Shown here piece by piece: positions 37,310-46,490 of a stretch of DNA of 64,000 nt. The stretch spans positions 1 through 64,000 of the forward strand of contig JBMOMC010000006.1 of assembly GCA_049325335.1 (NCBI GenBank). Direction: 5' to 3'. Position 1 is the stretch's first letter. Each line of letters opens with the position of its first letter. The position numbers and the translations under genes were made by a program. The DNA comes from Nitrospirota bacterium (GTDB lineage Bacteria; Nitrospirota; Nitrospiria; 2-01-FULL-66-17). A model generated the notes under the pieces. It did no database searches. It saw only the letters and a program-made list of their open reading frames with translations, and was not told the DNA's origin.

Positions 37310-39748
37310 ATGACACCGCGGGCTCCGTACATTCGATGGTTTGATGAAATCGGAATCGACGATATCCCACTGGTGGGCGGCAAGAACGCTTCGCTGGGGG
37401 AGATGTATCGCGAGCTGGCTTCCAAAGGCGTGAAGGTGCCGAACGGATTTGCGATCACCGCCGAGGCCTACCGGGACTTTCTCCGGCAGACCGGCCTGGA
37501 TCAGCGGGTCCGGGACATCCTGAAGGATTTGAACACCCATGACCTGGACAATCTTCGCCAGCGGGGACGCCAGGTGCGGCAGGCCATGCTCTCCGTCGGC
37601 CTACCCCCGGATCTTGAGCAGGGCATCACGGAGGCGTACGACCGCCTGGGTTCGGCAAACACCGGAGCGTTGGATGTCGCGGTTCGGAGCAGCGCTACCG
37701 CCGAGGACCTGCCGGATGCCAGCTTTGCCGGGCAGCAGGAAACGTATCTGAATGTCCAGGGCCATGCGGCGTTGCTGGATGCCTGTCGGCGTTGCTTTGC
37801 CTCGCTGTTTACCGACCGGGCCATTTCCTATCGGGCGGATAAGGGATTCGATCACTTCAAGATCGCTCTGTCCATCGGGATCCAACAGATGGTTCGGTCG
37901 GATCTGGCGACCTCGGGGGTGATGTTTTCGATCGACACCGAGACGGGCTTCCCTGATGTGGTCCTCATCAATGCCGCCTATGGGTTGGGGGAAAACGTGG
38001 TGCAGGGGTCGGTGAATCCCGACGAGTATTACGTGTTCAAGCCCACCCTGAAGCAAGGCCACAAACCGATTCTCCAGAAGATCCTGGGGAGCAAGGAGTT
38101 CAAGCTGGTGTATGACGTGGGGGGAAGCAAGATGGTCAAGAACGTCCCGGTCCCGCCGGATGACCGGTCCCGCTTCGCCCTTACGGAGGAGGAAATCCTG
38201 ACTCTGGCGCGGTGGGCGTGCGTGATCGAAGACCATTACAGCGCCAAGAAGGGACGGTCCAGCCCGATGGACATGGAGTGGGCCAAGGACGGCCGCACCG
38301 GGGAACTGTTCATCGTGCAGGCGCGCCCCGAGACGGTGCAGTCCCGTAAAGATCGAGACGTGCTGGAGATCTATCACCTTGGTCAGCGCGGACGGGTCGT
38401 GGTCACGGGGCGGAGCGTGGGGGAGAAGATCGGCCAGGGGCCGGTGCGGGTGATCAAGAACGTCCAGCACATCCACCAATTCAAGGACGGCGAGGTCCTG
38501 GTGACGGACAAGACCGATCCGGACTGGGAACCCATCATGAAGAAGGCGGCCGCCATTGTCACCAACCGGGGAGGCCGGACCTGCCACGCCGCGATCGTGA
38601 GCCGCGAGTTGGGCCTTCCCGCGATCGTGGGCGCCGAGACCGCCACGGAGGCGCTGAAGGACGGCCAGGCCGTCACCGTGTCATGCGCCGAGGGCGACAC
38701 CGGGTTTGTCTACGACGGCTTGCTTCGGTTCGACGTGGAACGGGTGGAGCTCAAGGGCTTGGGTCGTCCCAGAACCAAGGTCATGATGAACGTGGGTAAT
38801 CCCAATGAGGCGTTCGCGCTGTCTTTCATTCCGAACGATGGGGTGGGTCTGGCGCGGGAAGAGTTCATTATCACCACCTCCATCAAGATCCACCCGATGG
38901 CTCTGCTGAACTACGATCGGCTGGAGGATCCCACGGTGAAGGCCGAGATCGATCGGTTGACCGCTGGCTATGCCGATAAATCGCGCTTTTTCGTGGATCG
39001 GCTTGCACAGGGGGTTGCGACGATTGCGGCGGCCTTTTACCCGAAGGACGTGATTGTCCGGCTGAGCGATTTCAAAACCAATGAATACGCCAACCTGGTC
39101 GGCGGAAGGTCGTACGAGCCGACCGAGGAGAACCCGATGCTGGGATTCCGCGGGGCGTCTCGCTACTACGATCCGCGTTACCGGGAGGGTTTTGCGTTGG
39201 AGTGCCGGGCGATGAAGAAGGTTCGCGACGAGATGGGGCTCACCAATGTGAAGCTCATGATCCCGTTCTGCCGCACGGTGGAGGAGGGGCGACTGGTCCT
39301 GGCCGAGATGGAACAGAACGGGATGAGGCGGGGCGAGAACGGGCTGGAGGCGTACATGATGTGCGAGATCCCCAGCAATGTGATCCTGGCGGAACAATTC
39401 GCCGAGGTGTTCGACGGCTTCTCGATCGGCTCGAACGACCTCACCCAGCTCGTCTTGGGCGTGGACCGGGACTCCGAGATCGTCGCCCACATTTTCGATG
39501 AGCGCAATCCAGCGGTCAAAGCCATGGTCGCCAGCGTGATCCGCGCCGCCAAGGCCAACGGGCGGAAGATCGGAATTTGCGGCCAGGCGCCCAGCGACTA
39601 TCCGGAGTTCGCCCGGTTCCTGGTGGAGCAGGGCATCGACAGCCTCTCACTCAACCCGGACGCGGTGATGAAGACCACACTCGCGATCTTGGAAGTGGAG
39701 AAGGTCCTGGCCGAGGGTCAGCAGGATTCAAAGCGGGTCGTGAAGTGA
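37310..39748 (+). CDS. ppsA: phosphoenolpyruvate synthase
   Basis: VGGKNASLGEM, VAVRSSATAED..ASFAGQQET, GGRTCHAAI, EENPMLGFRGA, FSIGSNDLTQ, ICGQAPSD. Confidence 0.96.
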   Translation: MTPRAPYIRWFDEIGIDDIPLVGGKNASLGEMYRELASKGVKVPNGFAITAEAYRDFLRQTGLDQRVRDILKDLNTHDLDNLRQRGRQVRQAMLSVGLPPDLEQGITEAYDRLGSANTGALDVAVRSSATAEDLPDASFAGQQETYLNVQGHAALLDACRRCFASLFTDRAISYRADKGFDHFKIALSIGIQQMVRSDLATSGVMFSIDTETGFPDVVLINAAYGLGENVVQGSVNPDEYYVFKPTLKQGHKPILQKILGSKEFKLVYDVGGSKMVKNVPVPPDDRSRFALTEEEILTLARWACVIEDHYSAKKGRSSPMDMEWAKDGRTGELFIVQARPETVQSRKDRDVLEIYHLGQRGRVVVTGRSVGEKIGQGPVRVIKNVQHIHQFKDGEVLVTDKTDPDWEPIMKKAAAIVTNRGGRTCHAAIVSRELGLPAIVGAETATEALKDGQAVTVSCAEGDTGFVYDGLLRFDVERVELKGLGRPRTKVMMNVGNPNEAFALSFIPNDGVGLAREEFIITTSIKIHPMALLNYDRLEDPTVKAEIDRLTAGYADKSRFFVDRLAQGVATIAAAFYPKDVIVRLSDFKTNEYANLVGGRSYEPTEENPMLGFRGASRYYDPRYREGFALECRAMKKVRDEMGLTNVKLMIPFCRTVEEGRLVLAEMEQNGMRRGENGLEAYMMCEIPSNVILAEQFAEVFDGFSIGSNDLTQLVLGVDRDSEIVAHIFDERNPAVKAMVASVIRAAKANGRKIGICGQAPSDYPEFARFLVEQGIDSLSLNPDAVMKTTLAILEVEKVLAEGQQDSKRVVK

Positions 39749-39766
39749 TCGGTCCTTGAGGCGGAC

Positions 39767-40792
39767 ATGGCAACGATTGAAGGGACCATACGGTCAATCA
39801 TTTTCCTGGAGGTTGAGTCCTGGGAACAGGAGTTTCTCATGAAGTCCTGTCCCTCCCATTGGCAGGGCCGGTTTTACCCGGAGGAGGCCGACCGCATCGA
39901 CCCGGAAAAGATCAGTGACGCCGAGATCCTCTCGGTCTTCATTTACTCCGATCTGGATGCCGCGTTCCTGAGTCGACTTCCCCATCTGAAAATGATCGCC
40001 ACCCGATCCACCGGCTACGATCACATCGATGTCGCCTACTGCCGTGAACGCGGGATCATGGTCTGTACCGTGCCTACGTATGGGACCAACACGGTGGCTG
40101 AACACGCGTTCGCCCTGATCCTGTCGCTCTCGCGCAAGATTTATCCGGCCCGCGAGCGCACCGTCCGCGGCGAGTTCTCCTTTCACGGACTTCAGGGATT
40201 CGATCTGATGGGAAAGACGCTGGGGGTGATCGGCACCGGCCAGATCGGCCGGCATGTCATCCGGATCGCCAACGGTTTCCAGATGCGAGTGCTCGCCTAC
40301 GATGCCAGGCCCGAGCCGTCCCTGGCAGACCTGTTGGCTTTCCGGTACGCCGATTTGAACGAGCTCCTTTCGCGCGCGGATGTCATCTCGCTTCATTGTC
40401 CCCTGACGCCGGAGACACGGCATCTCATCGGAAGGGATCAGTTTCAAAGGATGAAGAGGGGAGTTCTGCTGATCAACACGGCCCGCGGGGGCCTCGTGGA
40501 TACTGAGGAACTGCTCCGGGCACTGGAGGAAGGCATCGTGGGCGGAGCGGGGCTGGACGTCCTGGAGGAGGAAGAGGCGATCCGGGAGGAGCGGGAGCTG
40601 CTCTCGGCGCGTTTCGACGAAGAAAGGCTACGCTCCGTGGTCAGAAACCACATCCTGCTCAAGCGGGACGACGTGATCATCACGCCGCACATCGCGTTTA
40701 ACAGCCGCGAGGCCGTGGAGCGGATCCTGATCACCACACTGGACAACATTGCGGGATTTCTCGAAGGCACGCCGCGTAATCGCGTGGCGTGA
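39767..40792 (+). CDS. D-isomer-specific 2-hydroxyacid dehydrogenase (D-lactate dehydrogenase-like)
   Basis: RSTGYDHID, VAEH, GVIGTGQIG, LHCPL, INTARG, GLDV.E.E, TPHIAF. Confidence 0.9.
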   Translation: MATIEGTIRSIIFLEVESWEQEFLMKSCPSHWQGRFYPEEADRIDPEKISDAEILSVFIYSDLDAAFLSRLPHLKMIATRSTGYDHIDVAYCRERGIMVCTVPTYGTNTVAEHAFALILSLSRKIYPARERTVRGEFSFHGLQGFDLMGKTLGVIGTGQIGRHVIRIANGFQMRVLAYDARPEPSLADLLAFRYADLNELLSRADVISLHCPLTPETRHLIGRDQFQRMKRGVLLINTARGGLVDTEELLRALEEGIVGGAGLDVLEEEEAIREERELLSARFDEERLRSVVRNHILLKRDDVIITPHIAFNSREAVERILITTLDNIAGFLEGTPRNRVA

Positions 40793-40849
40793 TGCGCGTC
40801 GGGGAGGCGAAGCCCTCCCATGTCATTCCAACCGATTGAAGGAGGCGTG

Positions 40850-41320
40850 ATGCCCAAGGTCAGAACGGCGAAGCATGCGATCACGACGATCCTGGTTCCA
40901 ACCGATTTCTCCGAGTATTCCAAGCAGGCCCTCAGCTACGCCGAGATGTTAGCCAAGAAATTTGATGCCAAGATCGTCCTGATTCACGTGATCGACACCG
41001 TGAGCTACATCGTGAGCGAATCGGTGCAGTGGACAGCAGATGTCTCCGCCCGCGTGCAAGGCACCATCCAGCCCATGCTCGATGATCTGATTCGCGACGC
41101 GGAGAAGAGGGGTATCGTGGCATTCAGTCAATTGACCCAGGGCGTACCCTACGACCAGATCGTCAAGGCTGTCGAGGACATCCGCGCCGATCTCATCGTC
41201 ATGGGAACCCATGGCCGGACCGGCATGCGCCACGTGCTGTTGGGAAGCGTGGCGGAACGAGTCGTCCGGTTGGCGGCGTGCCCGGTGTTGACCGTTCGAA
41301 GCAAAGGAGGAGACACATGA
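40850..41320 (+). CDS. universal stress protein
   Basis: ILVPTDFSE, DLIVMGTHGRTG...LLGSVAERVVR.A.CPVLTV. Confidence 0.93.
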   Translation: MPKVRTAKHAITTILVPTDFSEYSKQALSYAEMLAKKFDAKIVLIHVIDTVSYIVSESVQWTADVSARVQGTIQPMLDDLIRDAEKRGIVAFSQLTQGVPYDQIVKAVEDIRADLIVMGTHGRTGMRHVLLGSVAERVVRLAACPVLTVRSKGGDT

Positions 41321-42375
41321 ACACGATCAAGGTAGCGGTCAACGGCTACGGAGTCATCGGCAAGCGCGTGGCCGATGCGGTGAGGCGGCAGGATGATATG
41401 GAACTCGTGGGCGTCGCCGACGTGGTGACCGATTATCGGATCAAGACCGCAGCGGTGTTGGATGTTGACGTATATGCCGCGCTGCCCGAGAAAAGTCGGG
41501 AGATGCGCGCGGCGGGGATTCCGGTCGCTGGAACGCTCGACGAGTTGCTTGGACGTGTGAATGTCATCGTGGACTGCACCCCCAAGAAGATCGCCAAGGC
41601 CAACAAGACTCGATACGAGCGCGCGGGCGTGAAAGCCATTTTCCAGGGCGGCGAGTCGCACGAACTGACCGGTCATTCGTTCGTGGCGCAGGCCAACTAC
41701 GAGAGCGCGCTTGGCCGTCAGATGACGCGGGTGGTGTCGTGCAACACGACCTCGATCGTTCGCACCCTGACCGCGCTGAAGAAAGCGGGCCTGCTGAAGC
41801 GGGCGCGCGGCACGCTGATTCGGCGGGCCTCCGACCCCTGGGAAGGACATAAGGAAGGGATCTTGAACACGGTCGTTCCCGAGCACGTGATCCCCAGCCA
41901 TCAAGGGCCGGACGCCCGCACCGTGGACCCTGATCTCGATGTGGTCACGATTGCGGTCAAGGGTCCCATGAACGTCAGCCACCTCCACACTTGGTGGGTC
42001 GAGTTGGCACGGCCGTCGACCAAGGACGAGGTGCTCTCGGCGTTCCACGCCGCGCCCAGAATCGCGTCGATCCGGATGAGCGACGGGGTGGAAGCTCTCA
42101 ACAGCACCAAGGAACTGATGGCCGACCTGGGCCGACCTCGGGCCGACATGTGGGAGGTGGCGCTCTGGGAAGACGTGTTGACCGTGACCGGCAACGAGGC
42201 TTATTACGCCTACCAGGTGGACAACCAGGCGATCGTGATCCCTGAGACCGTCGATGCCATTCGCGCGCTCTCGGGCATCGAGCGAGACGCGATGCAATCC
42301 ATTGCGAAGACGAACCAGTCGCTGGGTATCGTCAAGGAGTTCCTACCGCTCAAACAGGGCGTGTCGGCGGCGTAA
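41317..42375 (+). CDS. gap: type II (archaeal-type) glyceraldehyde-3-phosphate dehydrogenase
   Basis: VNGYGVIGKRVADAV, DCTP, FQGGE, RVVSCNTT, RRASDP, SHQGPD, QAIVIPE. Confidence 0.92.
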   Translation: MNTIKVAVNGYGVIGKRVADAVRRQDDMELVGVADVVTDYRIKTAAVLDVDVYAALPEKSREMRAAGIPVAGTLDELLGRVNVIVDCTPKKIAKANKTRYERAGVKAIFQGGESHELTGHSFVAQANYESALGRQMTRVVSCNTTSIVRTLTALKKAGLLKRARGTLIRRASDPWEGHKEGILNTVVPEHVIPSHQGPDARTVDPDLDVVTIAVKGPMNVSHLHTWWVELARPSTKDEVLSAFHAAPRIASIRMSDGVEALNSTKELMADLGRPRADMWEVALWEDVLTVTGNEAYYAYQVDNQAIVIPETVDAIRALSGIERDAMQSIAKTNQSLGIVKEFLPLKQGVSAA

Positions 42376-42427
42376 GGGGTGGTGAAGGCCGCTCCGGTTT
42401 GAAAATTGGGGGGAAGGGGGAGAACCC

Positions 42428-43285
42428 ATGAACGTGCTTAGGACCGGTCTGCTGCTGGCAGTGCTCGCGGGCATCCTGGTCGCGGTGGGAGGACTGGTGG
42501 GCGGGCAGGGGGGCGCGACCTTTGCGCTGATCCTCGCGCTAGTGATGAACCTCGTGGCCTACTGGTTCTCCGACAAGATCGTCCTGGCCATGTATCGGGC
42601 AAAACCGGTGTCGGAGGCTGAGGCGCCGGAGCTGCACCGGATCGTGCGAAACCTGGCGCGCAAGGCGGGGATTCCCATGCCTCGCATCTATCGGATCGAA
42701 CACCCGACGCCCAACGCGTTTGCGACGGGCCGCAATCCCTCGCATGCCGCCATCGCGGTGACCACGGGGATCGAAACGCTTCTGGAGGCGGAGGAACTCG
42801 AAGGGGTGCTGGGCCACGAGCTAGCGCACGTGCTCCATCGCGACATCCTGATCAGCACCATCGCCGCGACGATCGCCGGGGCAATCAGTTATCTCACCTA
42901 TTGGGCGCAGTGGAGCCTGATGCTGGGGGGCAATCATCGGGACCGTGATGGGGGACCGGCTCAGTTGATCGCGGCTCTGGTCGCCATCATCGTTGCCCCG
43001 CTTGCCGCGATGCTGGTTCAGTTGGCGATCTCGCGCGGGCGGGAGTACCACGCGGATGAGGGCGGCGCGGCTCTGACCAACCCGCTGAGTCTGGCCTCGG
43101 CCCTGCGCAAACTGGAGGCGGGCAATCGGCGGATTCCGCTCGACGCCAATCCTGGCACCGCGCACCTGTTCATCGTCAACCCCTTGCGCGGGGGCGGATG
43201 GGCCACCCTCTTCTCAACCCATCCCCCGATTGGCGAGCGGGTCGCGAGGCTGGAGGCGATGGCGGGGCGCCGCCTCGTTCGGTAG
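42428..43285 (+). CDS. htpX: membrane zinc metalloprotease HtpX
   Basis: [29 protein letters not shown]. Confidence 0.93.
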   Translation: MNVLRTGLLLAVLAGILVAVGGLVGGQGGATFALILALVMNLVAYWFSDKIVLAMYRAKPVSEAEAPELHRIVRNLARKAGIPMPRIYRIEHPTPNAFATGRNPSHAAIAVTTGIETLLEAEELEGVLGHELAHVLHRDILISTIAATIAGAISYLTYWAQWSLMLGGNHRDRDGGPAQLIAALVAIIVAPLAAMLVQLAISRGREYHADEGGAALTNPLSLASALRKLEAGNRRIPLDANPGTAHLFIVNPLRGGGWATLFSTHPPIGERVARLEAMAGRRLVR

Positions 43286-43335
43286 CGGATCACGGTTTTC
43301 GAAGGCGCGAATCGAGGTTTTCTGATTGGCCGACG

Positions 43336-44097
43336 ATGAATAGAAGATCATCCACTTCTATTGTCTTGATTTCTGCCGTCCTCGTTTCGTGGGCGTTTGC
43401 CTGGGCGGGAGACGAAACCGAGATCATCGATCTCGGCCTCTCATCAAGGGACTATCGAGAAGGTCAGGTGCCCTCGGGTTGGACATTGCGCAAGTGGTTC
43501 GGCCTGCCGAAGGGAGCCAGCGCAGCGTGGGCCATCGAGAATGGGGTGCCGGCCGTGAAACTTCGTTCCAACGGCGCGCTGACCTTTCTCGAGAAATGGG
43601 TTGACATCGATATCCAGGCCCACCCGGTCGTGACGTGGAAGTGGAGGGTGCGAAATATTCTTCAAAGGATTGACGAGACAACGAAAGCGGGCGACGACCA
43701 TCCGATCAGACTGCTGTTCGTCTTTGCCCCTGACGAATCTCGGCAATCCGTTTGGTTTCGGTTCAAGCGGTTTGTCTATCTCGACCGCGTTCATGGGCAT
43801 CCGATGGGGAGCCGATTTATCGAATATCTCTGGAGCAGCCGTCTTCGAGCCGGTGACGTCATCGACGATCCGGGGAAGTCCGGGCAGAAGCTGGTAGTCG
43901 TGGAGAGCGGCAGCACGAACCTGGGCAGATGGTTGTCGTATCAGAGAAACCTGTATCGGGAATTTCAGACACTGTATGGAGAAGAACCTCGGCGACTCGT
44001 GAAGATCGGCATCATCAACGACACCGATCAAACAGCGCAGGAAGCCGTCAGTTACATCGTCGATCTGACCTTCGGTCGGTCGGGAACGGCCGACTGA
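43336..44097 (+). CDS. exported DUF3047-like protein
   Basis: Signal peptide; W.W.V, K.GDD...R, IEYLWS, VVESG, W....RN...F, DTDQT. Confidence 0.7.
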   Translation: MNRRSSTSIVLISAVLVSWAFAWAGDETEIIDLGLSSRDYREGQVPSGWTLRKWFGLPKGASAAWAIENGVPAVKLRSNGALTFLEKWVDIDIQAHPVVTWKWRVRNILQRIDETTKAGDDHPIRLLFVFAPDESRQSVWFRFKRFVYLDRVHGHPMGSRFIEYLWSSRLRAGDVIDDPGKSGQKLVVVESGSTNLGRWLSYQRNLYREFQTLYGEEPRRLVKIGIINDTDQTAQEAVSYIVDLTFGRSGTAD

Positions 44098-44129
44098 TTC
44101 CATAGCGCGCTGCAACTGGAGAGGAAGCG

Positions 44130-45542
44130 ATGAACGTGTCATGGCTCACTGCAAACTCGACCGGCTGGCTTCAGTGGCGCAAGATGCGTCCATCGGTGGT
44201 TCTCATTCTGGCCGCGCTGGGGGGAAACAGCGGGATTGCTCTCGGCGCCGAAGGGGAGGCGCCGATCGTAGCGGCGCTCACCTTGGAGCAGAGCCTTCGG
44301 TTTGCCGAGGAGCACAACCCTCAACTCGTTGCGGCCCATGAGAAGGTTCGTTCCGCCGAGGCCGGTATCGTGGAGATGCGTTCCGGCCTGTACCCGCACC
44401 TCGACGCCAGCGCCGGCGTGTTCCACCTCGAATCTCCTCCCACCCTGACACTGGGTCCTCTCAGTGTCCCGATCGGCCGGGAGGACATGAGGTTTATCAA
44501 CGTGGGTGCGACGCAGACATTGTACGCCGGCGGCCGCATCCAGGGTGGCATTGAGTCGGCGCGGCTCGCCCGGGTTGACGCCAAGGAGCGGCTCCGGGCC
44601 TTGAGCCGCGAAGTAGCGGCGCAGGTGAAGAACGCGTTTTACGGCGTGCTGTTCGCGCGCGAACTGGTCAGGGTCAGGCAGGACGCGCTGGCCCTGTTGC
44701 AGGAGCATCTGGCCACGACGCAAGCGAGGTTTCGGCAAGGCACCGCGGCCGAGTTCGATATGCTGCGGGCGGATGTGGAGGTGGCGAACGCGCGTCCGCC
44801 GCTGATTGAGGTGGAAAATCAGTTGGCGACGGCGGAGGAACGCTTCAAAAGAGCGCTGGGTTTTGATCTTGACAGCGCCGTCAGCGTTAACGGCGAGCTT
44901 CGGCAACGGCCGGTCCCGTTCGCGGGCGCCGAAGCGGCAGCAGAGTCGGCCGCCTACGCCTGCCGTGCCGAAGTCGAGGCGGCCAGAGCGGCGGTTCGGC
45001 TTGCCGACACGCAGACCCGCATCGCGCGGGCCGGCGACAAACCCACGGTGTCGCTCTCTGCGAACTACTTCGGCACGTCGCCGGAGTACTTCATGGCGCC
45101 GTCGGAGGATTTGCGCTGGAACTGGATGGCAGGGGTCAACGTGACCCTGCCGCTGTTCTCCGGGTTTGAAACCCGCGGGCGGGTCGCCAAATTTCAGGCG
45201 GAATCCGCGGGGGCACTGGCCCAAGTTCACGACGTGGAGCAGCAGGTTCGGCTGGAGACGCGGCAGGCCTTCCTGCGAATCAAGGAGGCGGAGGAACTCG
45301 TACGCTCGCAGGCCCAGAACGTGGTGCAGGCGGAGAAGGCGTTGCGCATTGCGCGCCGGCGCTATGAGCAGGGCCTGGGGACGCAGCTCGATGTGACGGA
45401 TAGTCGGGTGGCGCTCACCCAGGCGCGGGTCAACGAACTGTCCGCTCTCTATCGACATGAGCTCGCCGTCGCCGAGCTCGATCGGGCGGTGGGCTGCCCA
45501 CCGGGCACGCCAACGGAGGGACGGGAAGGAGACGAACCGTGA
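44130..45542 (+). CDS. TolC-family outer membrane protein
   Basis: AEEHNPQL, YP.L, PLFSGF, RYEQGLGTQLDV; precedes HlyD-ABC genes; alternative start 44184. Confidence 0.88.
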   Translation: MNVSWLTANSTGWLQWRKMRPSVVLILAALGGNSGIALGAEGEAPIVAALTLEQSLRFAEEHNPQLVAAHEKVRSAEAGIVEMRSGLYPHLDASAGVFHLESPPTLTLGPLSVPIGREDMRFINVGATQTLYAGGRIQGGIESARLARVDAKERLRALSREVAAQVKNAFYGVLFARELVRVRQDALALLQEHLATTQARFRQGTAAEFDMLRADVEVANARPPLIEVENQLATAEERFKRALGFDLDSAVSVNGELRQRPVPFAGAEAAAESAAYACRAEVEAARAAVRLADTQTRIARAGDKPTVSLSANYFGTSPEYFMAPSEDLRWNWMAGVNVTLPLFSGFETRGRVAKFQAESAGALAQVHDVEQQVRLETRQAFLRIKEAEELVRSQAQNVVQAEKALRIARRRYEQGLGTQLDVTDSRVALTQARVNELSALYRHELAVAELDRAVGCPPGTPTEGREGDEP

Positions 45543-46486
45543 GGAGGAACACTCAACGCGGCCTGTGGGCACTGGGACTGCTGGTGATCGCCGGCGCGAT
45601 CTGGGGTGCTTGGCGTTGGTTCGCACCAGCGGGCCTGCCGGAGGGCATCCTGGAGGGGTATGGGCGGATCGAGGGGACGGAAGTCACCGTGAGCAGCAAG
45701 GTGTCGGGCCGCATCGCGAAGTTGGCCGTTGCTGAAGGCGATCGTGTGGAGCAGGGCACGCTGATCGCGGAGCTGTCGGCCGATGAGATCGAGGCCCGCC
45801 TGGCCCAGGCCAGTGGCCGGTTGCTGGCCGCCGAGAAACAGGTCAAACAGCTGGCCGCGCGCCTTGCGACCCTCGAACACCATGCGTCCAAGGCGGAAAC
45901 CGACCACCGGCGGTACCAGGCCCTGTTGCAGGAGGGCGCCGTCTCTACGCAGGAATTGGACCGATCGGAAAACGCCGTGCGCGCCGCGGAAGGGGACGTG
46001 ACGGCCGCCCGCGAACTCCTGTCTGCGGCCCGGGCGGAGGTGACCACCGCACGCGCCGCGCGGGATGAGGCCCAAGTGGCCGCGACCGAGACGCGCATCA
46101 CCTCGCCGCTTGCAGGGACTGTCACCACCAAGCCGGTGGAGGCCGGCGAACTCGTGTTTCCGGGCAAGCCGATCGTGGTCCTGGTGAATCTGAACCGACC
46201 GTACCTGCGGGTCTATTTGCCCGAACGCGACATCGGCAAGGTCAAGCTGGGTGATCCCGCGCGTGTGTACATCGACTCGTTTCCCGATCGGCCGTTCGCG
46301 GCCACGGTGACCGAGGTCGCCAACAAAGCCGAGTTTACGCCCAAGGACGTGCACATGCCCGATGAGCGCGTGACCCTGGTGTACAGCGTCAAGCTGGAGA
46401 TCACCAATCCCGAGGGGATCCTGAAACCGGGCATGCCGGCCGATGCGCTCATCCGTTGGAAGCCGGATGCGGACTGGGGCCGATAG
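45539..46486 (+). CDS. HlyD-family membrane fusion protein
   Basis: N-terminal TM, GRIEGTEV.VSSK, coiled hairpin, AEFTPK, LKPGMPA. Confidence 0.9.
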   Translation: MRRNTQRGLWALGLLVIAGAIWGAWRWFAPAGLPEGILEGYGRIEGTEVTVSSKVSGRIAKLAVAEGDRVEQGTLIAELSADEIEARLAQASGRLLAAEKQVKQLAARLATLEHHASKAETDHRRYQALLQEGAVSTQELDRSENAVRAAEGDVTAARELLSAARAEVTTARAARDEAQVAATETRITSPLAGTVTTKPVEAGELVFPGKPIVVLVNLNRPYLRVYLPERDIGKVKLGDPARVYIDSFPDRPFAATVTEVANKAEFTPKDVHMPDERVTLVYSVKLEITNPEGILKPGMPADALIRWKPDADWGR

Positions 46487-46490
46487 GCTC

